This document shows positions 1 through 9,161 of a stretch of DNA of 64,000 bases, piece after piece. Under the pieces are notes generated by a model, which saw only the letters and a program-made list of their open reading frames with translations, had not been told where the DNA came from and did not search any database. Position 1 is the stretch's first letter. Every line of letters starts with the position of its first letter. Origin of the DNA: Rhodothermales bacterium (lineage in GTDB: Bacteria; Bacteroidota; Rhodothermia; Rhodothermales; Bin80). A program made the translations under genes and the position numbers. The stretch spans positions 4,164,265 through 4,228,264 of the forward strand of contig OZ253559.1 of NCBI GenBank assembly GCA_965262785.1, read 5' to 3'.

Positions 1-391
1 CTCGTCGCTGCTCCTGCCTGACATGGTCTTTCGCCAAGCCGAGCGAAGCCGCTACTTCATGAGCTATGTTAAGGTTGCCCACACGATCCACGACCTCCGT
101 TTTTTCGACATCAAACGAGGGATGGTTGCCCACCTCGACCACATCATACCCCTTGGCTATCAAGTAGCTGCGCAGGGCTTGTGCGGCACCCTTCGCGCCG
201 GCACCGTTGCGAATTTCCACCTGATAGATATCAGTGGCCGCGGGGTACTTGTCGGCCACCGACACCGCTTGCTGCGCGACAATGGGCGTGACTTGCATCC
301 GCTGCAGCATTTGCCAACCCAATGCCAGCACTGCGAGGCCCATGACTGTAAGTGCTACATTCAGGCCGATGATGCCGGCTCGCCGAATCAT
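1..391 (-). CDS. LytR_C-domain membrane protein (partial; 3' end lies beyond the window start)
   Basis: Absent from the ORF track because there is no stop codon inside the window. Manual minus-strand translation from the ATG (plus-strand CAT at 389-391) gives MIRRAGIIGLNVALTVMGLAVLALGWQ...YQVEIRNGAGAKGAAQALRSYLIAKGYDVVEVGNHPSFDVEKTEVVDR. This is an N-terminal TM anchor followed by the V.V.NG.G..G.A......L...G......GN pattern typical of LytR C-terminal domains. Confidence 0.5.
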   Translation of the reverse strand, partial: MIRRAGIIGLNVALTVMGLAVLALGWQMLQRMQVTPIVAQQAVSVADKYPAATDIYQVEIRNGAGAKGAAQALRSYLIAKGYDVVEVGNHPSFDVEKTEVVDRVGNLNIAHEVAASLGLAKDHVRQEQRR

Positions 392-405
392 ACGATATCT
401 GGCAA

Positions 406-945
406 TTAGCGCCAGCGGTCGTGCCAAAACGGGCCGCCCGAATAACCATTCGGACGGAAGCCATAGTAGCCGCCGAACGGGCTCATATACGGGTTTCTGA
501 ACCCGTACGGGTCTTGACGCACCTGGATGTTGAGGTGAACTTTCTCGGATGGGCGCCAGGCGATCTCGGCATTGCGCAAAAAGACTCTTGGGCCAGCGCG
601 CTCAAACCCGAGTGATGTCAGATTCTGATTCTGGGGCGAGTAAGCTACCGACACATCCGCCCGCATGGCCAACTTGTCGCTGAACTGCCACGCCATCGTG
701 TTGGTATACATACCCATTGAGTAGCCGCGGCCTCCAAAGGAACCGGCAGACATCTCGAAGCCATGGCTCATCTTGAACACCGACGGGTTAAAAACCTTGC
801 TCATCAACGAACCTAACGCGTCCGGCGCCTGGTACAGACGAGCCGACGAGCGCATGGGGGGCACCGTGTCCTTGAACTGTGCTGCGGCCGGCAAGGTCAT
901 GACCGCTACGAGTACCAAAACAGCTACCGTTCTACGCATGAGCAT
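406..945 (-). CDS. small secreted or outer-membrane hypothetical protein
   Basis: 179-aa ORF with a signal peptide (MLMRRTVAVLVLVAVMTLPAAAQ). The mature part is Gly/Tyr/Phe/Ser-rich with an aromatic C-terminus. No family recognised. Confidence 0.55.
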   Translation of the reverse strand: MLMRRTVAVLVLVAVMTLPAAAQFKDTVPPMRSSARLYQAPDALGSLMSKVFNPSVFKMSHGFEMSAGSFGGRGYSMGMYTNTMAWQFSDKLAMRADVSVAYSPQNQNLTSLGFERAGPRVFLRNAEIAWRPSEKVHLNIQVRQDPYGFRNPYMSPFGGYYGFRPNGYSGGPFWHDRWR

Positions 946-1076
946 GAGGTTTGTGATTCACAGCATGAAGTATATGTCGTGCTAGGTCGATAGTCAATAC
1001 TACGCTAAGCTCGATTAGTTCACGCCTTCCGCTTGTTATCTTTATGCTGATTGTTACGGCCATACCAACTTGATCG

Positions 1077-1400
1077 TTGCAGATACCAAAGCCTGGGCCA
1101 CCCACTGAAGTCGCGGCCATCCCTACTGAAGGCGACCTCCAACCACTGAGGGCGCGTATTGATGAGATCGACCGAAAGCTGCTGCTGCTGCTTAACGAGC
1201 GCTCCCAGTGTGCAAACACTATCGGCCACATCAAGAAGCAGCTGGAGTTGCCGGTGTACGTGCCCAACCGTGAACAGGATGTGCTGAACAACGTTACGAG
1301 CGCCAACGAAGGGCCGCTTGACAGCAGTGCTGTGCGACGAGTCTTCGAGCGCATCATTGACGAAACCCGTGCACTGGAGCGCCAGAAGTATCAGGACTAA
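1077..1400 (+). CDS. chorismate mutase (AroQ class)
   Basis: 107-aa ORF. LRARIDEIDRKLLLLLNERSQCANTIGHIKK...VYVPNREQDVLNNV...RVFERIIDETR matches the AroQ helical pattern. The track start is TTG and there is no in-frame ATG, so the 5' end is uncertain. Confidence 0.75.
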   Translation: MQIPKPGPPTEVAAIPTEGDLQPLRARIDEIDRKLLLLLNERSQCANTIGHIKKQLELPVYVPNREQDVLNNVTSANEGPLDSSAVRRVFERIIDETRALERQKYQD

Positions 1401-1415
1401 GGAGTCACCTAACCG

Positions 1416-2438
1416 ATGGTTCGGAAACTGCTGCCTTTTGCGTTTGCTTCAGTGCTGCTTGCCAGTGGTTTGGCTGTATGGCTCACGTTTCTGGCAAAAC
1501 CACCCACATTTGCGGAGTCCCGCTGGGTACGCATTTACGGCGGCGCATCGCTCGATGCAGTTGCGGACTCGCTAAAGACGGCAGACCTCCTGGCCCAACG
1601 CCTCGTCTTTATGCTGGCAGCCAAGGCCACCGGTTGGGACGACCAGATCAAGGCCGGCTGTTACAAATTCGACCAAGGAACTTCTGCCTACCAGGTCCTG
1701 CGCCGATTGCGCGCCGGGGAGCAAACTGCAGTGCGCGTAACAATCCCGTCCGGTTCCCGCGCGAAGTATGCGGCTCGTAGAGCTGCGCAACACATGCTTT
1801 TTGGGGACGAGGACTTTATGGCCGCACTAACGGATTCGACTCTAGCCGAAGACCTCGGAACCGACACGAGACACCTTTTCAGCTACATGCTCCCGGATAC
1901 GTACCACTTCTATTGCACGACGCATGCCAAGGACGTGGTGCGCCGCATTAAGCGAGCAATGGATGCGTTTTTTGCCGATAGCCTCGCCGCACTTGGTACA
2001 CAGCATAACCTGGGCCGGGATGAGGTCATTAGCCTCGCAGGTATAGTAGAATGGGAAACCGACTTCGACGAAGAAAAAGCCCGTGTGGCAGGCGTGTACC
2101 TGAATCGTCTCCAGAGGCATTGGCCTCTGCAGGCGGACCCGACCGTCCAGTACGCGCTCATAGAGCTTGAAGGGAGCAAGCGTCGGCTGTTTTATGCTGA
2201 CTACCGACTCCAGCACCCATACAACACATACCTGTACCGGGGCTTCCCGCCGGGACCCATCACCAATCCTGGGCGGGCTTCACTGTTGGCTGCTGCCAGC
2301 CCCGAAAAGCATGCGTACATGTTCTTTGTCGCAAGGCCAGAGGGAGGACATGCCTTTAACGTCACGCTGAGGGGCCACAATAACGATGTCGCGCGACTTC
2401 GAGCCTACCTGCGCCAACGCAGAAGAGCGGCAGACTAG
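1416..2438 (+). CDS. mltG: endolytic murein transglycosylase MltG (YceG-like)
   Basis: 340 aa with an N-terminal TM anchor. Contains LAGIVEWETDFDEEKARVAGVYLNRL...LQADPTVQYAL...YNTYLYRGFPPGPITNPG, the YceG/MltG signature including the catalytic Glu context. Confidence 0.85.
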   Translation: MVRKLLPFAFASVLLASGLAVWLTFLAKPPTFAESRWVRIYGGASLDAVADSLKTADLLAQRLVFMLAAKATGWDDQIKAGCYKFDQGTSAYQVLRRLRAGEQTAVRVTIPSGSRAKYAARRAAQHMLFGDEDFMAALTDSTLAEDLGTDTRHLFSYMLPDTYHFYCTTHAKDVVRRIKRAMDAFFADSLAALGTQHNLGRDEVISLAGIVEWETDFDEEKARVAGVYLNRLQRHWPLQADPTVQYALIELEGSKRRLFYADYRLQHPYNTYLYRGFPPGPITNPGRASLLAAASPEKHAYMFFVARPEGGHAFNVTLRGHNNDVARLRAYLRQRRRAAD

Positions 2439-2445
2439 AGGCAAC

Positions 2446-4044
2446 TTAGAATGCATACGTCACACCGACTACTACCTGGTGGCGCGTTACTGACTCGTCG
2501 ATATGCAGGCTCGCGTCCTGTCGCGGCCCGTACGCATCCACGGGATAGGGCAGGTAAGCCGCGTCAAAGGTTCCCATAGTCCAACCGACATTAAGCAGCA
2601 TATTCGGTGAGAAGTGGTAGCCGAACCCAGCGGAGATGTGAAGCCTGTCACGTTTAAGGATATCCCCACTACTATCTCTGAGGTCCAGCGTTATGGGGTC
2701 CGGCTGGAGAGCCGCTCCGACCCGAAGCAACACCTTGCCAACGTTTACCTCTGCTCCGGCCCCGAAATTGACTACGGCGCTGTAGTCATCGCTTATTTGG
2801 TCGTTCAGGTCGTCAAAGATGCCTTCGTTGTCGGCATTAAATCGCATCTGACTCCAGTCCACCAGCTGCGCATCGGCAAGCAGCGTAAAGCCTTCTAACT
2901 CCAAGCTAATGCCCGCGTTGACCCTCCACGGCGTGCGAAGGCGGTAGCTGAAGGCACCGTTGCCCACATCGCCGGTTTGATCCCCATAGGTCAGGATGCC
3001 CCCGTCATCAAAATGGGTTTCAAAAGTCGTTCCATACGACTCATCTATGCTAATCCTCGTAGGAGTTTCGACAGCAATGCCGACTCTGACATTGGGCGCA
3101 ACCTTTTTTGAAACACCTAACCGCAGATTGACACCGAGGAGGTCGCTTGCCACGCGCTGCTGATAGCGTAGGTAGTTAAAACCTTCAAGCAGGCTACCGT
3201 CATCCTGCAGAACGTTATAGTCCAGGGTGGTATTCAAGTCGAGTACATCGTCCTCTTCGAAAGTGCTGCGCAATTCATAGCGACCAAACGCGAGGCTCAC
3301 GGACGCGCCAACGAACATGCCCTCGCCTACCTCAACACTGCCTCCGAAGCTGGCTTCATTCATGCGACCGTGCTCCTTCACGCGTCCGTGTTGATCGATC
3401 GTTGTTCCAGGAATTACGGCCTCCAAAAAGGGATACCCTGTAGAGTCTTCCGCCAGGAGCGCCGGAAAAAACTCGAACAGACCGCCATTGAATGCCGAGA
3501 ACACGAAGTCGTCCAACTCAAGTCCCCCGTCGTCAGTGAGGGTATATTCTCCCTCAAATGGCAGGAATGAGGTTGTGATAGTGCTTTCGTCACTGCTACC
3601 GCTAAAACGAAGTTCGCGGTCGAAGCTTGCTACCTGGTTAAAGGCCAGTCCGAATACGAGCGAGCCCTGACTTGTTGGAGCCCTATATAGCCAGGCTAGG
3701 CTGCCTAGGTTGGTTCTGCTTACATTCTGGCTGATACCTGAGGACGAAAAGCCGCGAGTGTGCGAAGACGAAGCATCGCTAGTCCGCAATGAATGCACTG
3801 TGCCCGTAAGCGAAGACAGCTGAACCAGGCCAAGGCCGGCAGGGTTACCATTCAGGGCGGTAAAGTCCCCGAATCCCCCATAACCCTTGGTACCCACCCC
3901 AATCATGCGTGCACCGGAGGCCGGCGCGCGCTGACTGAGGCGTAGCCCATCCTCGGCCGTCTGGGCCTGCGCCATACCGGCAATTCCAAATAGGAGCACT
4001 AGCGTGCTCATTCCAATTGTATTCTGTATGATTTTCAAGTGCAT
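2446..4044 (-). CDS. outer-membrane beta-barrel protein (FadL/OMPP1-like), function unknown
   Basis: 532-aa ORF with a signal peptide (...STLVLLFGIAGMAQAQ). It has long alternating beta-strand-like segments and a C-terminal ...VGVTYAF aromatic terminus typical of OM barrels. The true start may be the internal Met (MSTLV...). Confidence 0.55.
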   Translation of the reverse strand: MHLKIIQNTIGMSTLVLLFGIAGMAQAQTAEDGLRLSQRAPASGARMIGVGTKGYGGFGDFTALNGNPAGLGLVQLSSLTGTVHSLRTSDASSSHTRGFSSSGISQNVSRTNLGSLAWLYRAPTSQGSLVFGLAFNQVASFDRELRFSGSSDESTITTSFLPFEGEYTLTDDGGLELDDFVFSAFNGGLFEFFPALLAEDSTGYPFLEAVIPGTTIDQHGRVKEHGRMNEASFGGSVEVGEGMFVGASVSLAFGRYELRSTFEEDDVLDLNTTLDYNVLQDDGSLLEGFNYLRYQQRVASDLLGVNLRLGVSKKVAPNVRVGIAVETPTRISIDESYGTTFETHFDDGGILTYGDQTGDVGNGAFSYRLRTPWRVNAGISLELEGFTLLADAQLVDWSQMRFNADNEGIFDDLNDQISDDYSAVVNFGAGAEVNVGKVLLRVGAALQPDPITLDLRDSSGDILKRDRLHISAGFGYHFSPNMLLNVGWTMGTFDAAYLPYPVDAYGPRQDASLHIDESVTRHQVVVGVTYAF

Positions 4045-4142
4045 AGGTATCCTGCGAATGGGTATTTATGTGCTAAGCGCAACTCAAGTGGCGCAACTAC
4101 AATAAGCTTTACGCCGCGATCCGAGGGTTACGCGCTAAACTA

Positions 4143-5540
4143 TTAGTTGCCGCTTCTGGACGTGCGACTGCTGCGGGATGGTGCACGCGACGTGCTGCCC
4201 GATGAGCGGGATGGTGCACGCGACGTGCTGCCCGATGAGCGGGACGGTGCACGCGATGTGCTGCCCGATGAGCGGGACGGTGCACGCGACGTGCTGCCCG
4301 ATGAGCGGGACGGTGCACGCGATGTGCTGCCCGATGAGCGGGACGGTGCACGCGATGTGCTGCCCGATGAGCGGGACGGTGCACGCGATGTGCTGCCCGA
4401 TGAGCGGGACGGTGCACGCGATGTGCTGCCCGATGAGCGGGACGGTGCACGCGATGTGCTGCCCGATGAGCGGGATGTGGTCCTGGATACCGTCCCGCTA
4501 CCGCGCGTGGTCGAACGTGGACGGCTTGACGTGCGGCTACTGCTTGACGAGCTTCGGCTGCGCGTACTCGACACGCGGCCCCTGTTACGCGGTGCGGTAC
4601 TTGACCCTCGTACGCGTCGAGAGGTACGCGATGTCGTGCTGCGCGTGGGTACGCTGCCACCAGTTCGAGGAGTACCGCGCGTCGTGACAGCCCGCCTTGG
4701 AGCAACACGCCCGGACGCGGACCCCGTGCTACTGGCACCACGTGCCGACGTTACACCGCGTCCAGAAGAATTGCTTGTTTCGCCTCTGGCGCGAACGCCG
4801 TTCCGACCAATCCGCCGGCCGTCCTCAGAGTCCGAAGCGGTGGAGGCATCGCCTGCACGACGAACGCCGCGCCCGAGACTGCTGCCCCCGTATGAGCCGC
4901 CACGGTACCGGCCAGATCCGACGCCACCACCTGCGAGCGGGCCGCGCCCAACCGTCGGACCACGTGGGCCATAATAGTTTCTGTCATGTCGGCCATCGAA
5001 ATACGAATTGCCCCAGCCGCCATAGCCATACCCGTAGCCTCCGTACCCGTACCCGTAGCCGCCGTAACCATACCCGTAGCCGCCGTAACCATACCCGTAG
5101 TCGCCGTAACCATACCCGTAGCCGTAGTGCCCTGGGTTCCAAAAGGGATTGTACGCAAACGGCGAATAGAACGGTAGATTCCACAGTCTTCCAAACCCAA
5201 CGCTCAGGATGATGTTCGACCTGTACCCGAAGTCGTCGTACCACGGGTCGTACAGATAGCTTGGGTAACCGTAGTAGTGGGAGAAATACCGCCGATAACG
5301 ATGTGGATCGGCGTATGTGTAGACCCCATCGTAGTAATACTTGTCAACCACGACGCTGTCGCCATTGTCCGTCTCGTACACCGTGACCTCCTCATAGTCC
5401 GGCTCGTGGTCCACGTACTGGTAGCCTAACTGCGTGTAGCAGCCGCCAGCCAAGATCAATAGTGCCGTGCTGGCCAAAGACCAGGGCGCAACGCGTGTCA
5501 AGGTTCTCGTGAAGTGTGCCATTGCAGTACGGGGTAGCAT
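4143..5540 (-). CDS. low-complexity repeat protein with a signal peptide and Cys (possible lipoprotein): Tyr-rich, GYG-repeat, RGG-like and Ser/Arg-repeat modules
   Basis: 465-codon uninterrupted ORF. The N-terminus HFTRTLTRVAPWSLASTALLILAGGC looks like a signal peptide with a relaxed lipobox. The ORF spans non-repeat sequence plus two independent in-frame tandem repeats. Other overlapping ORFs appear to be repeat shadows, although one antisense frame cannot be excluded (see findings). Confidence 0.6.
   Translation of the reverse strand: MLPRTAMAHFTRTLTRVAPWSLASTALLILAGGCYTQLGYQYVDHEPDYEEVTVYETDNGDSVVVDKYYYDGVYTYADPHRYRRYFSHYYGYPSYLYDPWYDDFGYRSNIILSVGFGRLWNLPFYSPFAYNPFWNPGHYGYGYGYGDYGYGYGGYGYGYGGYGYGYGGYGYGYGGWGNSYFDGRHDRNYYGPRGPTVGRGPLAGGGVGSGRYRGGSYGGSSLGRGVRRAGDASTASDSEDGRRIGRNGVRARGETSNSSGRGVTSARGASSTGSASGRVAPRRAVTTRGTPRTGGSVPTRSTTSRTSRRVRGSSTAPRNRGRVSSTRSRSSSSSSRTSSRPRSTTRGSGTVSRTTSRSSGSTSRAPSRSSGSTSRAPSRSSGSTSRAPSRSSGSTSRAPSRSSGSTSRAPSRSSGSTSRAPSRSSGSTSRAPSRSSGSTSRAPSRSSGSTSRAPSRSSRTSRSGN
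4180..4476. repeat. tandem repeat, 33-bp unit x 9 (ggtgcacgcgaYgtgctgcccgatgagcgggaY)
   Basis: Read directly from the sequence. There are nine head-to-tail copies that differ at only two positions per unit (C/T). The unit length is a multiple of 3 and encodes SRSSGSTSRAP in the 4143-5540 frame. Confidence 0.95.
5020..5128. repeat. degenerate 21-bp tandem repeat (gccgccgtaaccatacccgta) encoding GYGYGGY units
   Basis: Three near-identical copies at about 5058-5120, flanked by degenerate copies. On the minus strand they encode GYGYGGYGYGYGGYGYGYGG. Confidence 0.8.
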
Positions 5541-5718
5541 GTGCAGAAGATAACAACTTCGTTGGATTTAACGACGGTAACTGCCGGTCGGTACATCCTT
5601 TGCCAGTTTCGTATGCAAATACTAGGCCTAATGAACCAGAAGCCCCTTCCTAAGCGTATTCAGGCCTGCTGGTGTATCAGAATCAGAACACCTTGTACAG
5701 TATTAGCACCTCTTAGGC

Positions 5719-6690
5719 ATGAAGTATCGGTCCCTCGGACGCACAGGATGGCAGGTTAGCGAAATAGGCTACGGCATGTGGGGCATGGCCGGCTGGACGG
5801 GTTCTAACGATGACGAATCGCTCCAGTCACTGCAGCGGGCCGCCGCACTCGGCTGCAACTTTTTTGACACGGCTTGGGCGTATGGGGACGGCCATAGCGA
5901 ACAACTTCTGGGCCGCCTGGTTCGGGCCAACCCGGACAAGCGCCTTTTTGCAGCTTCCAAGGTTCCACCCAAGAACCGCCGTTGGCCGAGCCGCCGCACG
6001 CACACGCTGGATGATTGCTATCCACCTGACCATGTCCGCGAATATACTGAGCGCAGCCTGGAGAATACCGGCTTGGCCACAATTGATCTAATGCAGCTGC
6101 ATACCTGGGAAGACATCTGGTTGGACGACGACCGGTGGACTCAGGAGCTCTTGCGCCTAAAGGAGCAAGGACACATCCGCGCTATCGGCATAAGCCTCAA
6201 CCGCTGGGAACCATGGAATGGCGTGAAGGCAGTCCGGAGCGGCCTCGTTGACTGCGTCCAAGTGATCTACAACATCTTCGACCAAAGCCCGAATGACTCA
6301 CTCCTGCCCGCATGTCGCGAGCATGATGTTGGCGTCATCGCTCGGGTTCCGTTTGATGAGGGTATGCTGACCGGCACGCTGACTCTCGATAGCACCTGGC
6401 CTGAAGATGACTGGCGCAGCACCTACTTTGTAGAAGAAAACCTAAGAAGCAGTGTCGTTCGCGCAGACGCGCTGCGCCCGCTTATCCCCGCAGGGTGCAC
6501 CATGGCCGAAATAGCGCTCCGTTTCATCCTCGCCGAACGCACCATCAGCACGGTCATCCCCGGCATGCGCAAACTACGCCACGTTGCAGCTAACATGGCC
6601 ACCAGCAATGCGGACCCGCTGAACGATTCTCTATTGCAGGCGTTGTATGGGCACCGCTGGGATCGAGTGCCCACAAACTGGTCTCAATAG
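5719..6690 (+). CDS. aldo/keto reductase
   Basis: 323 aa. MKYRSLGRTGWQVSEIGYGMWG...FFDTAWAYGDGHSEQLLG...IRAIGISL... is the AKR N-terminal and active-site pattern. Confidence 0.85.
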   Translation: MKYRSLGRTGWQVSEIGYGMWGMAGWTGSNDDESLQSLQRAAALGCNFFDTAWAYGDGHSEQLLGRLVRANPDKRLFAASKVPPKNRRWPSRRTHTLDDCYPPDHVREYTERSLENTGLATIDLMQLHTWEDIWLDDDRWTQELLRLKEQGHIRAIGISLNRWEPWNGVKAVRSGLVDCVQVIYNIFDQSPNDSLLPACREHDVGVIARVPFDEGMLTGTLTLDSTWPEDDWRSTYFVEENLRSSVVRADALRPLIPAGCTMAEIALRFILAERTISTVIPGMRKLRHVAANMATSNADPLNDSLLQALYGHRWDRVPTNWSQ

Positions 6691-6746
6691 ACCCCGATGC
6701 CTGCCGCTAACCGCTACTGCTCACTACTACGTTTTCCTTCAGCAGC

Positions 6747-9161
6747 ATGCGGAGCTCACTTGCGCTTGTGGCGTCGTTATTCGCCATCATTCCGTGCCAA
6801 GCCCAAGTCTGGGGCACAGTCACGGGCTATGTATATCAGCACGCCACCACGCTTGCGCTGCCTGGGGTAACCGTGGTCGTCAACGGTACCAATTTCGGCA
6901 CGGCCACTACGGTGAACGGCCACTACTCGTTGCAACTGCCGGTTGGGCGCTACGCATTGCGCTTTTCGTTCATAGGCTATGCCACGCGTGTTGACAGCGT
7001 GACTGTTCTCCGCGACGTACCCTTTGAGCTTACGGTGACACTAGCGCCTTCGGTAGTCGAATTGGGGCCGGTCACTGTCGAAAGCCACACCACCGAAGGC
7101 GCGGGCATACAGCACCTGGATCCCGAACAGGTGCGAAAAGTCCCTACTCCGTTCAAGGGGTTCCAGGCACTTGCCTCGCTGCCCGGCGTGGCGTCCGCCA
7201 ACGAGCTCTCCAATCAGTACTCGGTGCGCGGAGGCGGGTTCAATGAAAACCTGATCTTCTTGAATGGCTTCGAAATATATATGCCGTTTCGACCACGCCA
7301 AGGAGAGCAAGAAGGATTGGGCCTGCTCAACCCGGACCTCGCCCAGCGCATCACGCTTTACACGGGAGGCTTTCCGGCCCGCTACGGCGGCAAGATTTCC
7401 TCGTCGCTTGACATCCAGTATGCCGCTTCTGACTCCTTGCGGACATCGGCCAGCGTTTCGCTTCTGGACGCCGGTGCAACCGCCTCCGCCACGCGTGGGC
7501 CGCTCGGGTGGCTCCTTGGCGTTCGCAAGGCGCAGGCACGTCGCTTCTTTTCGACGCAAGAGCTTAAGGGCAACTACCAGCCGGACTACACGGACGTACA
7601 GGGCCTTTTGCGTTACGCTCTGTTGCAGCACCATGTCATTGAATTCATCGGCGTGTGGGCCAGCCACGAATTCGCACTGGATCCACGCAGCAGGCGCACA
7701 TTCTACGGTATCGCTTCCGGCAGCGGCGGCGCGGAAGGTCTTAGATCCGTCTGGATTCAGTATGATGACCAAAGCCAGGAACAAGACGGCTACACAACGC
7801 AGTTTGCTGGCCTGCGCCTCCAGTCGAATCTTGCCCAGCAGCTGCAGGCTACGCACGACGGGTCCGTGTTTCGAACACAGGAGACGGAGCAGCTCGAATT
7901 GGCAGGTAATACCATCATCTACGATGTGGCAACGGAGCCAGATGGCGAAAGTGATTTGGTCCCGCGAGGGAACGCCGAGCAAGAAGACTTTGCGGACAAC
8001 CGCGTCCGCGTAACATCGTACACCGCCAAAGGCCGGTATGAGCTTCTAATGACGCGGAATGCCGCCGAGGCCGGCTGGTCGGTACGGCGCCTGCAGTTTG
8101 ATGACCGCATCAACGAGTACTCTACAGTAGAAGGCCAGAGCACCAGCGGAGATCTTGTCCGCGTGGTGGTAGACAGCATTCGGGGCACTGCCCGCTTTAG
8201 CGAAGCGCAAATGGGTTTCTACGCCCAAGATATCTATCAGGCCACGCCAGAGTTTGTGGTAACTGCGGGAATGCGCGCCGACTACTTCTCCTTTAATCGG
8301 GAATGGACTTGGTCCCCGCGCCTTTCCATGCGCTTGGAGGCCTCGGACCGAATCACGCTGGCAGGAGGGCTTGGCATATACCACCAGGCCCCTACGTATC
8401 GCGAGCTTCGTGGGGCGCCGATTCCTGGGACTTCGCTCATCGCTGCCCTAAACCGCGACATCCGCTCCCAGCGGTCCCTTCAGGTCGTGATGGGTGGAGA
8501 ATTGTTTCTGCCGACGCGCCGGCTCTACGTCCGGGCCGAGGGTTATTGGAAACAACTCGCCAACGTCATCTCGTACTCACTGGAAAATGTGCGTATCAGT
8601 TACTCCGGGTTGAACGACGCCAAGGCACGTGTCTACGGGCTGGACCTGCAGGCACGTGGGGAATTCGTTCCCGGCTTGGAAAGCTGGATCAACTACAGCA
8701 TCCTGGTGGCGCGTGAGCGATTCATTCCCGCGCACGTGGCCCCAAATCGGATCGGGTGGAATCCGCGCCCCACGGACCAGCGGCATACGGTCGCACTGTA
8801 TGTGCAGGACTATGTCCCCGCAGATCCGTCTTGGAAGCTACACTTGCGAGCACTTTTTGGGAGCGGCCTACCGTACACTCCGCCGGTACCAGGTGAGCGT
8901 GTAGGGACTGTGGAAGCTCAAGTGCCGGGGGACCGGCTGTCTGCCCGCTACCCCGCTTATAGGCGCATGGACTTTGGCGCAACCAAAGAGATCTCGCTCG
9001 CATTCGCGCGGTTGGAGCTCACGGCCGAGATACTTAACATATTCGACATGACCAACACGGTAGCCTACGCCTGGGTGCCGGACGCCGCCGGTATCTGGCA
9101 ACGCGTCCCGACCCGGCTGACGCCGCGCACAATCAACGTCCGACTCCGCACCTCCTTCTAG
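6747..9161 (+). CDS. TonB-dependent receptor with an N-terminal CarboxypepD_reg-like domain
   Basis: 804 aa with a signal peptide. The carboxypeptidase-regulatory-like fold is suggested by GTVTGYVYQHATTLALPGVTVVVNGTNFGTATTVNGHYSLQLPVGRYALRFSFIGY. A plug-like region and a long barrel follow, ending in an aromatic terminus (...RLRTSF). Confidence 0.85.
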   Translation: MRSSLALVASLFAIIPCQAQVWGTVTGYVYQHATTLALPGVTVVVNGTNFGTATTVNGHYSLQLPVGRYALRFSFIGYATRVDSVTVLRDVPFELTVTLAPSVVELGPVTVESHTTEGAGIQHLDPEQVRKVPTPFKGFQALASLPGVASANELSNQYSVRGGGFNENLIFLNGFEIYMPFRPRQGEQEGLGLLNPDLAQRITLYTGGFPARYGGKISSSLDIQYAASDSLRTSASVSLLDAGATASATRGPLGWLLGVRKAQARRFFSTQELKGNYQPDYTDVQGLLRYALLQHHVIEFIGVWASHEFALDPRSRRTFYGIASGSGGAEGLRSVWIQYDDQSQEQDGYTTQFAGLRLQSNLAQQLQATHDGSVFRTQETEQLELAGNTIIYDVATEPDGESDLVPRGNAEQEDFADNRVRVTSYTAKGRYELLMTRNAAEAGWSVRRLQFDDRINEYSTVEGQSTSGDLVRVVVDSIRGTARFSEAQMGFYAQDIYQATPEFVVTAGMRADYFSFNREWTWSPRLSMRLEASDRITLAGGLGIYHQAPTYRELRGAPIPGTSLIAALNRDIRSQRSLQVVMGGELFLPTRRLYVRAEGYWKQLANVISYSLENVRISYSGLNDAKARVYGLDLQARGEFVPGLESWINYSILVARERFIPAHVAPNRIGWNPRPTDQRHTVALYVQDYVPADPSWKLHLRALFGSGLPYTPPVPGERVGTVEAQVPGDRLSARYPAYRRMDFGATKEISLAFARLELTAEILNIFDMTNTVAYAWVPDAAGIWQRVPTRLTPRTINVRLRTSF

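Noticed and set aside
4180-4476. The possibility that the 33-bp repeats form a CRISPR array.
   Set aside because: The units are directly abutting with no spacers, they are in-frame coding sequence, and no cas genes are present in the window.
4109-5212. Additional long ORFs overlapping the repeat gene: 4109-4741 (minus strand; HRAAHRVHRPA repeats), 4178-4687 (plus strand; VHATCCPMSG repeats), and 4697-5212, 4751-5200, 4984-5244 and 4986-5177.
   Set aside because: They are created by the stop-free tandem repeats. In the first two, the inter-unit polymorphisms are non-synonymous. None has an export signal or extends through non-repeat sequence as the 465-aa frame does. The plus-strand frame 4147-4974 (DGARDVLPDER) is not formally excluded and is discussed as a finding.
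7041-7982. Long antisense or shadow ORFs inside confidently assigned genes, for example 7041-7982, 7264-8013, 16827-17453, 17566-18201, 39864-40526, 44084-45010, 45041-45754, 49774-50418 and 54435-55253.
   Set aside because: They lie wholly within genes that have clear family signatures on the other strand or frame. They are Arg/Ala/Pro/Cys-rich, as expected for out-of-frame GC-rich sequence, and show no recognisable motifs.
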